A stretch of 63,999 nt of DNA, filler included, from Choristocarpus tenellus KU-1152 (lineage: Eukaryota > Protista > Phaeophyceae), in NCBI GenBank assembly GCA_964200185.2. It is 11 parts of 11 records of this genome, joined end to end, with 100 filler letters (N's around TTAATTAATTAA, not from the genome) between each part and the next. Parts side by side here need not be neighbours in the genome. Positions count along the whole stretch, not along the records: positions 50,490 to 53,191 come from CAXNAD020025509.1; positions 53,292 to 55,919 come from CAXNAD020026143.1; positions 56,020 to 61,394 come from CAXNAD020010996.1; 8 more parts are not named here. The stretch is one strand, 5' to 3'. The notes beneath the pieces are model-generated. The model had not been told where the DNA came from. It was given only the letters and a program-made list of their open reading frames with translations, and ran no database searches. Positions 50,564 to 61,494 of the stretch are shown piece by piece. Each line of letters begins with the position of its first letter. Position 1 is the stretch's first letter. Made by a program: the position numbers and the translations under genes.

Positions 50564-51471
50564 GAGGCATCCTGGTCAGCAAGTTATTTAGCCACCTTGG
50601 ACTCGAGATCTTCTTTGGTCAACCCTTACCATTCTGAGGAATTGGCTGCAGATGTTTTTCTCTGTCGTTGAAGGAAAGGATCGGCATCTCCTTGAAGTGA
50701 AACATTTTCTACAGCCTTTATTGGGATAGCTATGATTGTGAGGTTGAGGGGTCAACTGTAAATTATGATGCGAAAGAGTACAACAGGAAATCGTGACAAT
50801 AAGAGTTATGGGCGGCAACATGCTCAATGCAAAATTATCATAGAGATGATATGAAGGGTAGGAAGAGCAAGATGTAAAGGACTGGAATGCCAGACCATTT
50901 AACAAGCGTAGTCGGCAGTCCATTTCAAACAAGTAGCAGAGAATATTTTACCCGTTCTCGTGCCTTAGAATTAATTAAGAAAGTTTCCACAGGTTGCTGA
51001 AGAAAGTTCAGTATTAAAAGTCGCTGCATGCTCACCCGGTGATACTAGCTTTGAAAACTCTGCTCTCTACCACTGGAGCTATCTCATTTGTGAGGGTCTC
51101 ATCTGCTGTAGAGAGACCACACAAACAAAAAAGCAGGTTGTTGCAGGAGAGAAATTAGTGGCTCATTCACCATGTTCAAAATGTCACAATGATTCAAATT
51201 GGTCAAGTCATGCCCTTCTCTGAGATACTTTGATTCTGACTGCCCGAACTGAATTCATCATACTCCTTCTTGTCGCCCTCCAACTTATGAAAAGCTTTCT
51301 GTGCCCGTGTTTAGAGGACCAGCAGTGGAAATTACAATTGTTGATCTTGAGTCTTTCATCTGGATTCAATCCACCCAACCAAATCAGTTATATTGCCATG
51401 ACTAACAACCCTAGTTGACACCGAGACATCATGCTTTCATTCAGTGATGCCGGAATGATGTAGTTGCAATT

Positions 51472-51728
51472 GAGTGAAAGTATCTTAAAGGTTACGAATT
51501 TTGCCTTGATTATCCGTTTGGGGGTTGGCTTCCTCACGGGTTTCTTATGACGTTTTTCAACTCAAATTTTTCGGGAGGCGGTAAAATGTATACGTTATTA
51601 ATCATTTGTCCGGAACAAGGATATTGACACTTCCTAACAAACACGATAGCCAAAATTACATCAATATTGCAACATTGGATGTAGGACCCCAAACGGACAT
51701 GACTCTACCCTCTAAGATACTTTGACTC
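51472..51728 (+). mobile_element. MITE family A
   Basis: GAGTGAAAGTATCTTAAAGG ... CCCTCTAAGATACTTTGACTC. Confidence 0.9.
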
Positions 51729-52140
51729 AAAAAGGATGAATAGGTTCGATCAAAATGTTATCAAGTGTGTGTACACACCATTGTCAAGTGCTATGGTTTA
51801 TATACCGGACTCATTCAAGGCCACACAAGGGGGTGGCGTGAGGCAATATCACACGCTCTATAAGAGTACACATCTTATCACAATACACATAAATGATACC
51901 CTGAACAGAATAACACGAGGGTAAGATTGATAGGATTTTATTCATATCTACAATACCTATGCTATACTATTTGTACCATGACGGAATTGCTATGAAGACC
52001 AATCACTCCCTACAATTCATTTTTGTGGGGTCCACTGTATGTCACAGCACATACTCTGAACATCTACAGTATCCTGTGATACAAGACCATGATAGTTACC
52101 ATGGAAAACAGTTAAGTTATGTCCCTCTTCCCTAAACCAG

Positions 52141-52531
52141 GATGAAGAGTGGCCGACTGAGGGGAGACATGGTCAATCCCTGGCGCTTTGTCGACAACCA
52201 AGCACTTTACAATACTGTCAATCACATCGTAACTGCAGCCGCCAAGCATGGGGGTGCTTATGTTGAGGTATGCTTCCACCACCCAACATAATTTTTCTAC
52301 GCAACCTTTCAGTAATCTACAGTTTTAAAATAGTGCATGTCCGGAAAGGAACTTAATTGCAAGGATTGTTTGGACTATCTTGTGGAAGTTCCAATGAGAA
52401 ACTTGGAGCAGGTGTTTTACCCAGTTTATATTGATGCGGTCTGAATAAAGACCGTCGTTGTCAAGGGGGCATACACGCACATACACAAATAGGGAGAGGC
52501 TCTGCTGACGTACCATGGTGACTTTTTTCAG
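52141..52531 (+). pseudogene. SET-domain C-terminus-like relic (two exons)
   Basis: Exons 52141-52267 (...ALYNTVNH...) and 52364-52531 (...AV*IKTVVVKGAYTHIHK*GEALLTYHGDFFQ) with canonical splice sites and two in-frame stops. Resembles the SET NH and I.xGE.L...YG motifs. Confidence 0.33.
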
Positions 52532-53122
52532 GTGAGGAGAACGATATATGCAATGCTTCAGACTCTCAGCAGCATTGTGCTGTGCTACATACTAGCACTT
52601 CTGAAGTATGTATTGCAGTAAAGTGCATGAATTGGACTCCAGAAATGAGTATGGGAAAGACCTTTGTGGACAGGAAATGAAGTTGTAAAATCTCTATTCT
52701 ATTCAAGAGGTAGCAGAACAAAAACTGCTGCTAATAGCCTAGACATGTAGAAAGTAAGAATATCCTTCACATATCTTGAAATCTTTTTGTGAAACCTCAA
52801 TATACGTCTATTCTGAGATGTGTGAACCAGTTGGGAGTTGAATGTTTCCTGCCCAAAGATGAGGACACTTACCGGCTTAATATTGCTTGTCCTTAACTAT
52901 CCTACTGCTACATAATGACAAATTGTAACACAACACAATGTCACATAAGCTTGGCATGTGATACTTTCATTGTTCTTATAGATTTGATCCCAGGCTGAGA
53001 ACATTGTAACTGTGTTCCGACCAGAGCACCATACCCTCCCGGTGGTATCTCAAGCAGTCGACAAGCAGCCCTCTTTCATGATTTCCCAGTCAAGAGCAAG
53101 GGAAACATGTTGCGGAGTCTTT

Positions 53123-53191
53123 GAGTGAAAGTATCTTAGAGGGTACGAGTTTTGCCCTGTTTGTCCATTTGGGGCTTGGCTTCCCGTGGGG
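53123..53191 (+). mobile_element. MITE family A, left end truncated by the contig edge
   Basis: GAGTGAAAGTATCTTAGAGGGTACGAGTTTTGCCCTGTTTGTCC up to the N linker. Confidence 0.85.
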
Positions 53192-54229
53192 NNNNNNNNN
53201 NNNNNNNNNNNNNNNNNNNNNNNNNNNNNNNNNNNTTAATTAATTAANNNNNNNNNNNNNNNNNNNNNNNNNNNNNNNNNNNNNNNNNNNNCTGCTGGGG
53301 TAGACTAACGGGAAGGGGAGGGGGGGGTCAGAGGGGAAAGACCTGGACCAGGGATTAGAGTATCAGGGGAAGGATAGTGGTGCCAGGTATGACAGTCCGT
53401 GAGGGTGGTCAGAGAGTACAGAGTGCGTCAAAAAGGATATAAATGGAAGGGGGATGAAAAGAGAGGGGGAGAGTAGACCAATTCATCGCACGCGAATGGC
53501 TGGGGAAAGTAGGGAATGCAGGGGTAGGGGTACCAAAGATAGGGAAAGATAAAGAAGGATCAAGTACCAAGAAGATGAGACACCAAGTCTGCAGGGCATT
53601 GGTTGGTAGAGTAGGTACAATCAAAACTAAGATTCCAGCAAACCACTACTTTGGCTAACAATTTCATAACATCAAACTTCCCACAACACACCACGACCTC
53701 CACAGGACCAATGGTATGGGGAGAAGTCACACAAAAACAGGCAGTCAGCTTAAAAGGAGAAAACCTCTGACATGGAGAATGGGTGTAGAAATTTTGCACT
53801 GTACAAAATTGTTAGGAAGGAGAGTAAATTTGACTAGGGTAGGATTGGGGTTCTCTTTCTTTTCTTGGCGAGAGCATCAGAGCTCTGGGCGTATGATGAA
53901 GGGGTGGGGGTGCATGGAGAGTTTGCGGTAAGGAGGAGAGATATAATATGGAGGAAAGGGGGAGAGAGAATAGGGTGGGAGGACAGACATAAAGCAGAAC
54001 GAGTTGAGGTAACATTCAAGGGGTCAAAGGGGGACCAGGGTAGGAAGGGAGCAGTGTTGACAAGGTTCACAGTGAAGGAAGAGGGGAAGAGAGAATGGGG
54101 GGCTTTGAGGAAGTACTAGCAAGTATGAAATGTTTCCCAGAGCTCCCCCTAGATGCCCCATTGATAACATTTAGGGAGGGAGAGAGGTGGAGGGTGGTGA
54201 CGAGGGGGCAAGCAACGTTTGTACTAAGA

Positions 54230-54488
54230 GAGCCAAAGCATCTTAGAGGGTAGAGTCGCGTCCATTTGGGGGCCAAAATCAAATTTTGCGATTTTGATGT
54301 AATTTTGGCTATCGTGTTTGTTAGGCGATGTCAATATCCTTGTTGCAGACAGACCTTTTCATAACGTATACATTTTACCTGCTACGAAATATTTTGGAGA
54401 GGGAAAATGTCATAAACCCACCTGAGGGAAGGCAAGCCTCAAATGGACAAACAGGGCAAAACTCCTAACCTCTAAGATACTTTCACTC
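54230..54488 (-). mobile_element. MITE family A inserted in the DIRS tyrosine recombinase ORF
   Basis: Perfect TSD AAGA (54226-54229, 54489-54492). Removing the element and one TSD restores ...FVLR-RMVKEL... in frame. Confidence 0.93.
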
Positions 54489-54966
54489 AAGAAGGATGGT
54501 AAAAGAACTCAAGTTGAAACCAGAAGAGTATGCGTTACATTCAGGAAGGATAGGGGGGGCCACGAGGTTGGCGAGTATGGGAGTTTCAGAAATGGTCATT
54601 CAGAGGGAGGGTAGATGGAAGTCGAGGGCGTTCATGGTGTATGTCAAGACCAACCAGAGGGACTCGATGGAAGTTTCAGAGGGCCAGGCAGAGAGTAGGA
54701 AGGATTGGGTTCAACCGGGGCAGGATAAGTGGAGCTAGGAGAAACCAACCCCAAAGTGAGGGGAGGTCAAGTTCGGGCAGGGTAGGTGTCTTCTCTCAAA
54801 GGCGCGGTAGGAAGGGCATGATGAAGGGGGCTTTCTTGGATGATTGGGGAGTGGTGTTGAGTGGTGTGGGGTTGAGGGGTGTTCAATGGTGGAGGAAAGT
54901 GATAAGTGGGGTGGACTGGAGTGGTAACTGGTGTGGGGTTGAATAGGGGTGAAAGGGGTGGTAGAG

Positions 54967-55176
54967 ACCGGGAATCAGTAGCGAAGGGGTCGCACTGGCT
55001 GGTCATCGGATGGGCGGGGTGACGAGAAATCAGTGGCGAAAGGGCTTCGCCCTGGTTGGACATCAGATGTGAGGGTGACTGGGAATCAGGGGTGAATGGG
55101 GGTTCGCCCAGGTTGGTCATCGGATGAAAGGGGTGACTGGAAATCAGGGGTGAAGAGGTCGCACTGGTTGGTCACA
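54967..55176 (+). repeat. About 55-bp tandem repeat x4 downstream of the DIRS YR
   Basis: Unit approximately gactgggaatcaggggtgaaggggtcgcactggttggtcatcggatgaggggt. Confidence 0.8.
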
Positions 55177-55818
55177 AGGGTTGTTGGAATAGGGAGAGAA
55201 GAGGATTAGGGAGGAATGCAAAAATAGAAATAAAAGCATAATAATAATCCAGAATTCGTAAGCAAAACAAACCTCAATAAACTTTTTTATTCAGTGTTTG
55301 AACCGAATAGGAATATATAATCATAACTGACGTTCAACTACACGACGAAAGATTCGCTCTCGTTCTCACGGCAGGTTCTCCTCAAAGCACCAGTCACACC
55401 AAAACCACGACAACACAATGACCTTTAATCAGTATCATAAGTCTACGGAGCAGAAACACTATACGATAGTGTGTTTCAGATCAACAGGGTGCTACCACCT
55501 AACAATTGCATGTATTATGCAACTAAAATTTTCTCTGATGGTGCAACACAGATGATTCCAGTTACAAGATAAGTCACACCAGGTTTCAATAAATGACTCC
55601 CGACGAATAAAGGACTTTTGTTAGCAGGCACTGTAAGGCTCTCCCTCTAACAAGATCAGAAAAAACATTAAAAAGAATAGAAAAAAATGAACCTAAACCA
55701 TTGGATAACAAAGAGGAAAATGAAACAGAACTACAACCAAAATATAGATGTATCGATACATATACGGTGGTATCTACGCTCTCTATCCTCTCAACCAGTG
55801 TTTGATATCATGTGTTGT

Positions 55819-55919
55819 GACCCAAGTATCTTGTGGAGGGGGGGGGGGGGGGGGGGGGCAGGGGCTACACCAAGATGTCAATTTAGGGCATAATCAGAAA
55901 GAGGGGACTCTCATTACCA
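55819..55919 (+). mobile_element. MITE family B, left half at a contig edge
   Basis: GACCCAAGTATCTTG (G)n ... ctacaccaagatgtcaattt matches 7454-7545. Confidence 0.78.
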
Positions 55920-56910
55920 NNNNNNNNNNNNNNNNNNNNNNNNNNNNNNNNNNNNNNNNNNNNTTAATTAATTAANNNNNNNNNNNNNNNNNNNNNNNNN
56001 NNNNNNNNNNNNNNNNNNNCCGATCTCTGTCGTCCTTATCTTCCCATCTACCTATTCCTGTGCCCCTGGGGGGGGAGCATATTATCCATCTCTGTCTTCG
56101 CATCATACGTGATGTCATCAGATCTTTCACACAACCTATTGATAGTCGTCAATACAGTACCATATTGTATGATGCAAACTATCCATACATACTAAAAAAA
56201 GCATATAACATACAGTACTATATAGAATTAGTATTGTAGTACGAATTGAATATAGTTATGGGAAGATATGTAAGATATGTAGGGGTCTGCCAATTTATCA
56301 ATAACCTGGTGAGTTTTTCTGAATCTTTCTTCCAGTCGAGAATTGACGATCCACATGTGAATCCCTTGAATTATTTTCTGCTATTTAACGTTTCATAAGG
56401 AGGACTGCACTTTGTTTTCTATGTACCTTGATTTGTACCATCTCTTGTCCTCGAGTCGTACGCAACTCGAAACCTAGCAAGCCCCCTCCCCGCAAACAAC
56501 AGCCCTCGCCTCCCTCGTCGCCACATAGGTAGGTACAGAGTGGTCGCCAACAGTATTCCTCACTAACAAGAAAGCCTAATAGTAACACCCCAGGATGACA
56601 TAGATTTACGACCTCAAATGGGTCATACTGTCATTACTGCTTGCCTTCTGTGGCTCGCGTTTCTGTGCAGAACTTGTGCCTACAAAGCGTGCATGACGCA
56701 CGCCGGGAAGATTGATTCCGTCCTAAACCAAGCCATACCTCGATTTCAGCTCCATCATGGAGTGATGTCGCTTCTACTGGATTATACCCCACCTCCCCTC
56801 CCGCCACCCACAAATAAATCTCTCCATCTATAAGGTAAGGAGGACCACACCACTGCGAACGCTCTCACAGCGACGACACCCAATTTGACGCCTTTCCTCG
56901 AGAATCGAGC

Positions 56911-58372
56911 ATGGCCAAAGCGCCCATCAAGACCCTATTCTCTTTCACCAAGTCCAACGTGGAGAAGATGTGGAGCTTGTCTCGTCCTCAGAAGCTGGAG
57001 AAGCCACGATCGCGATACCAGGCTTGGCTTGACGCCCTCTTCTTCCGCAAGAAGAGGTGAGGGAGTTCAAGTAACCTGGTGGTATAGCGACGGGAACGGT
57101 ATCTTGTGGCTGCCTAAAAAGCCTTCCTTGCCAGCATGTCTGATGATTAACCTTCCACCTTCCCTCAGGCCATCCGTCCAGTCAAGTTCTTCGACACTCC
57201 TTGACGGTATACGAGGATTACAACCTCCACGGATGTTGTGCCCGGATCGTCGGCCATGCACCTTGAAGGAGGCTACGAGGCTTTATCAAGGAACAGAATT
57301 GGACACCGTTGCCGCTACAATCATGCTTCTCGTAACGCTCGTGACGGTGGCAAAACTGTGCAGTCACGTCGGTTCAAGATGGCACCCGAGGTGGCGCCCC
57401 GTCAACCCTCGGAAGCAGCAACAACCGCGTAGCCCAAATGAACGGGTAGCAGAGGTGAGCTAAGCAACACAAGAGCGACTCCGTTCCAATCTATTACGGC
57501 TGTGTGGTTCTCTGACTCGGCAGAGGTTGGATAAAGCCCTTGGTAAGGACGGATAATATCACAAATCTCAAATTTCGAATCTATTTGAAAGTAATGATAT
57601 TTATCAAAATACAAGGAGGCCCATAGCTGCTGTGCTACTGTGCTGGTGTTTCTGCAGCCCTCGAGGTAACACCATAGTACTTGATTCTACACCTCATGCA
57701 AGATACACAATCCTTCTTTGAGGTGAGTTTTTTCGCTCCAACTCACAACCATCCTCCCTCCCTCTACATGTTTGCCACAGATTGAGATGTCAAGTACTGC
57801 ATACTCCGAGCTGGAGCGGAGGGTGTGGGGAAGCCTTGCCCTTGCACAAGACGTACCTTTGACAAGAACGGCATCCTCACAGTTACCTTTTCTGGTACTT
57901 CAGACACAAAAACACAATGACTGAGTTGTGCAAAATCAGGACTTGTACCAGTATTTTACGCATGCATGATATGTTCTCTGCATTTCAGAGCAACTATGTA
58001 CACCATGTCATTGACTCCTGCCAACATATACTCCATTACAAGGGTGTGGTCTGCACTTTTATATAAATGCCTTGTCCTTCACACTTGCCGTTGATATATC
58101 TATGCCCCACTCAATCCTTTTCCAGCATCAGGCAGACGCGATGAGGGAAGACCTGGAGTTTGAGACTCGGGCATGGGGGGAACTGGCCTTGGCATACAGA
58201 TCGGTGCCAATAACGACATCTCTGCTGCAAGAGTCTAAACCTGTCCGTACCCTAGAGACTACCAGCACACCCTTGCAGTGCAGCACCCATTGTGCCGAGC
58301 AAGAACTACGTGTCGATAAGGCCAAAAAGCGACGTACCTGGGAAGTTTGTCCTGCAATGAGCCCTGCACAAG
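56911..58372 (+). CDS. Orphan hypothetical protein with one hydrophobic segment and an internal repeat
   Basis: Exons 56911-57056, 57169-57454, 57781-57894, 58132-58372 with canonical sites and consistent phase. Hydrophobic stretch VAATIMLLVTLVTVA. Repeat ELERRVWGSLALAQDVPLT / EFETRAWGELALAYRSVPIT. The 3' end is unclear because of a MITE at 58438. Confidence 0.55.
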
Positions 58373-58437
58373 GTGAGTCTGGATCTTACTCACTCCTCCT
58401 TCACCCGCCATCACAAAGAGCAACTTATAGTTAGATT

Positions 58438-58682
58438 GAAATAAAGTATCTTAGAGAGTACGAGGTTTCCCCTGTTTGTCCATTTGGGGCTTGGCTTCCT
58501 ACATTTTCTTAATTACATTTTACCTACTCTAAAACACTCCCAAATGTTTTGGAGTAGGTAAAATGTATACATTATGAAAAGGTGTGTCTGGAACAAGGAT
58601 ATTGACATATCCTAACAAACACAATGATCAAATTTTTGGTCCCCAAATGGACATGACTCTACCCTCTAAGATACTTTGAATC
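58438..58682 (+). mobile_element. MITE family A
   Basis: AAAGTATCTTAGAGAGTACG ... CCCTCTAAGATACTTTGAATC, with a small internal deletion. Confidence 0.88.
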
Positions 58683-59685
58683 TTACCTCTCCACCAACAT
58701 CACCCGTGGCAGAGAGAGTAAGCGTTGCAGTGTCACCACAGAGCCACAGCCACAGGGTGTTCATCTCACCGCCAACATCACCAGAGGCGGAGAAAGGCGG
58801 TGGTGCACCATGTGGAGGGAGGAAGGTTACAAGGTGGTTTGAACGTGCTAGTACATAGGAGTGTAAGATAGGATGGCAATCACAACCTTGGTGCTTGTTA
58901 ATGAAGGCAGGGATATCAAGTTAGCCGAAAAGCATATCGCCTGATGGCCATGGTGTGAGAGACTGTGATGGAAGAGAGGATGCCTGGGAATGAGGCAGCG
59001 GATGATGTCAAGAGGAGCGAGTGTCTTTGGGGCATTGATCGCTAAGGTCAACCCACTACTTATGACTGAAGAGCTGGTGTGCTTTCTTTCCTTGACTGAA
59101 GCAGTTGACTGGCAGAGGAGAAACACCAGATTGGGTATCCCAATCCTTCCCTAGTCGCATCCAAGAACGGCCTCCTTTGCATGCTTCGTGTTGGCCATAG
59201 TCGTGGATGATTAACAGTCGTGCAGAATCTCTGAATCACCTGCACAAACGTGTGTTGTTCTCCACCTTTGTTGGTGCAATGATGTTATTGGTAGTTGATG
59301 TTTGTGTCGTGGTCGACAGACTTTTGTGGGTAATGTTGGGTGAGTTGATGTAACTGTCAGCGTTGTTGTTGTGAGTGCTGTACAATCCTCTCCATAGCCA
59401 CGCAAAGCGGTACTGTGTTTGACACTGTTACTACAATTTATTGTTGTACAGTAGTAGTGATCAGTAGCTCATGAAAGGCCATACCCATCACGTTTCACTG
59501 TAACTGCCGCACTCCTGTCTGAGATCCACCATACTGATGATGGGTCATTGTGCTATAAGCACACCAACCCCAAATGTGCATTTAGGATGTTAGTCAATCA
59601 ATGCAGGATGTATTTATACCGCCAGTACACTCACTATAACTACCATTACAACACCACACAAAAATATTATTGAATTGTGACTACG

Positions 59686-59950
59686 GAGTCAAAGTAAACT
59701 AGAGGTACCCAGAATTGCATTTTTAGGATGCTGACAAATTCGTGCAAAATTCGTCTGTTTTTACAAATGCTCGTAGGATATTTTCTGAATAGTCTCGAAA
59801 TCTCGAATTTTTCAAACAATAGAGAAGTCAACCTTCTCAAGTCAACCTCAGCACTTCATCCATAGAAATATGTGTGAATTGCAAAGATTCAAAACCTGGC
59901 TTAAAATGCAAAATGACCAAAACCTGGGTACCTCTCATTTACTTTGACTC
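59686..59950 (+). mobile_element. MITE family C (about 260 bp)
   Basis: TIR GAGTCAAAGTAAAcTAGAGGTACCCAG / CTGGGTACCTCTCATTTACTTTGACTC; internal sequence is the reverse complement of 3562-3796 and 5190-5449. Confidence 0.88.
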
Positions 59951-61494
59951 ACTTCGAAGTATGCTATATCATTATGCCCGCAGAAATTTTACAGATGTGT
60001 AAGGGAATAAATAACAAGACTATATTTTAAGGACTGCTGTGATACAACAGTTTGTCGTCAATGCTAAGACACCTATCTAAAATATAGTTGTTGGTTGAAG
60101 ACTAACAGTACGCAACAATGTCTCCTGTTAATAGTTGTTCACTACAAAGTAATGCGTACACTGTTATGGTCCACTACTTACAGGAACTATTGTTGTTCTT
60201 ATCATCACTATATTTTTTTCCTTGACATTAGTCTGAGGGGTTTCAAAACCTGTGGGCAAAAATAGTTGTAACTAAATCAGCGTTTGAACCAGAATACAGT
60301 GAAGTGGATAAAATCACGCTGCTATTGAAAATGACAATCAACTGCAACAAATATTATAGATGATCGATTTGAAGAAGCCACATAATAACCTCAAATCGTG
60401 GAGAACATGCCATTTCAGACAATGTGAACATCGATGAAGCTAAGAAACAGTTATTAGAAAATCAAACGTAAGACATGTTGTAACTAATATAACCGTATAG
60501 ATGAAGCACCAACATGCGTCTGCGTCATGAGTAAAATGAACAGATAATTTTTGTGTGCTACATTTTGTAAGGTCTCAAATCCATATAACCGCATTTTTGT
60601 TAGGATATATCAAAATGTACTTCCTATATAAAAAAACATACTTTCGACATACTATATCAAAAGGTTTGAAAAAGGCTTCATGTTTGATAATATATTACAA
60701 TATCAAGTATCAATAGTATCATATAGAAACGTTGTTTGGTATTTGATATTTTCGATACCAGTTCGATACTGGAAGTACAAAAGGATTAAATTTCACCCCC
60801 TCTCGTTTCCATTCGTCACAAAAGATGTATGCCTCCTCATTGAATACAAGGAATAACCGGCTATCACATGTCATGTGAGTACAAGAGGTGGGTCAAGTGT
60901 GATGAAAACCCCTTGTTTTTAGTGCTATTTCGGAGTCTGTACGAGAATATGCTCAAGGTGTGTCACTCACTTGAGGCCTACAGTTAGTGCAGTGTCTGGG
61001 GTGACACCAGCAAGGCCAACGTAAGCTAACGAAAGCGAAGACAAATTACCATGTACCACTCTACCCCAAGCCCATGTAGATAGAGGGCCTCTAGACAGAA
61101 GAGGAGGAAAAAATACTACACATGGTGCTACGTTTGTCTCCACCAATACATTGATTTCCTGCTACCTAAAGGTTGTCATAAATAGGCACTAAAGTCATCG
61201 CTCATCCCTCATTCATGTAGCTGACCCTGCGAGCAGGGATCTCCGCTTTGCACAGCTGCCTTGATGTTGTCACATCCACTCCAGGCTTCAAAAGGGCATC
61301 ATTGTGGGATGCAGTGCGTGTGATCCTTACATTTCCTTGTGCACAATCCGATGCAACGAAGGATAAATAAATTAGGCTCAAAGTATCTGGGGGGNNNNNN
61401 NNNNNNNNNNNNNNNNNNNNNNNNNNNNNNNNNNNNNNTTAATTAATTAANNNNNNNNNNNNNNNNNNNNNNNNNNNNNNNNNNNNNNNNNNNN

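Larger units (their letters stand above)
53292..55300 (+). mobile_element. DIRS-type tyrosine-recombinase retrotransposon, 3' portion (pseudogenised YR)
   Basis: RRKPLT...FF..RASE...FKGSKGDQ...YALHSGRIGGAT...IQREGRWKSRAFMVYV carries all the YR catalytic positions (R, K, HxxR, W, Y). Frameshifts, stops and a MITE interrupt it; ORF ends at 54738. Strong purine skew. Confidence 0.88.

Noticed and set aside
25581-61494. Gene-cluster interpretation across contigs, such as MIPS-PfkB next to the fucosyltransferase-like gene
   Set aside because: The pieces are separated by artificial linkers, so physical linkage is not shown.
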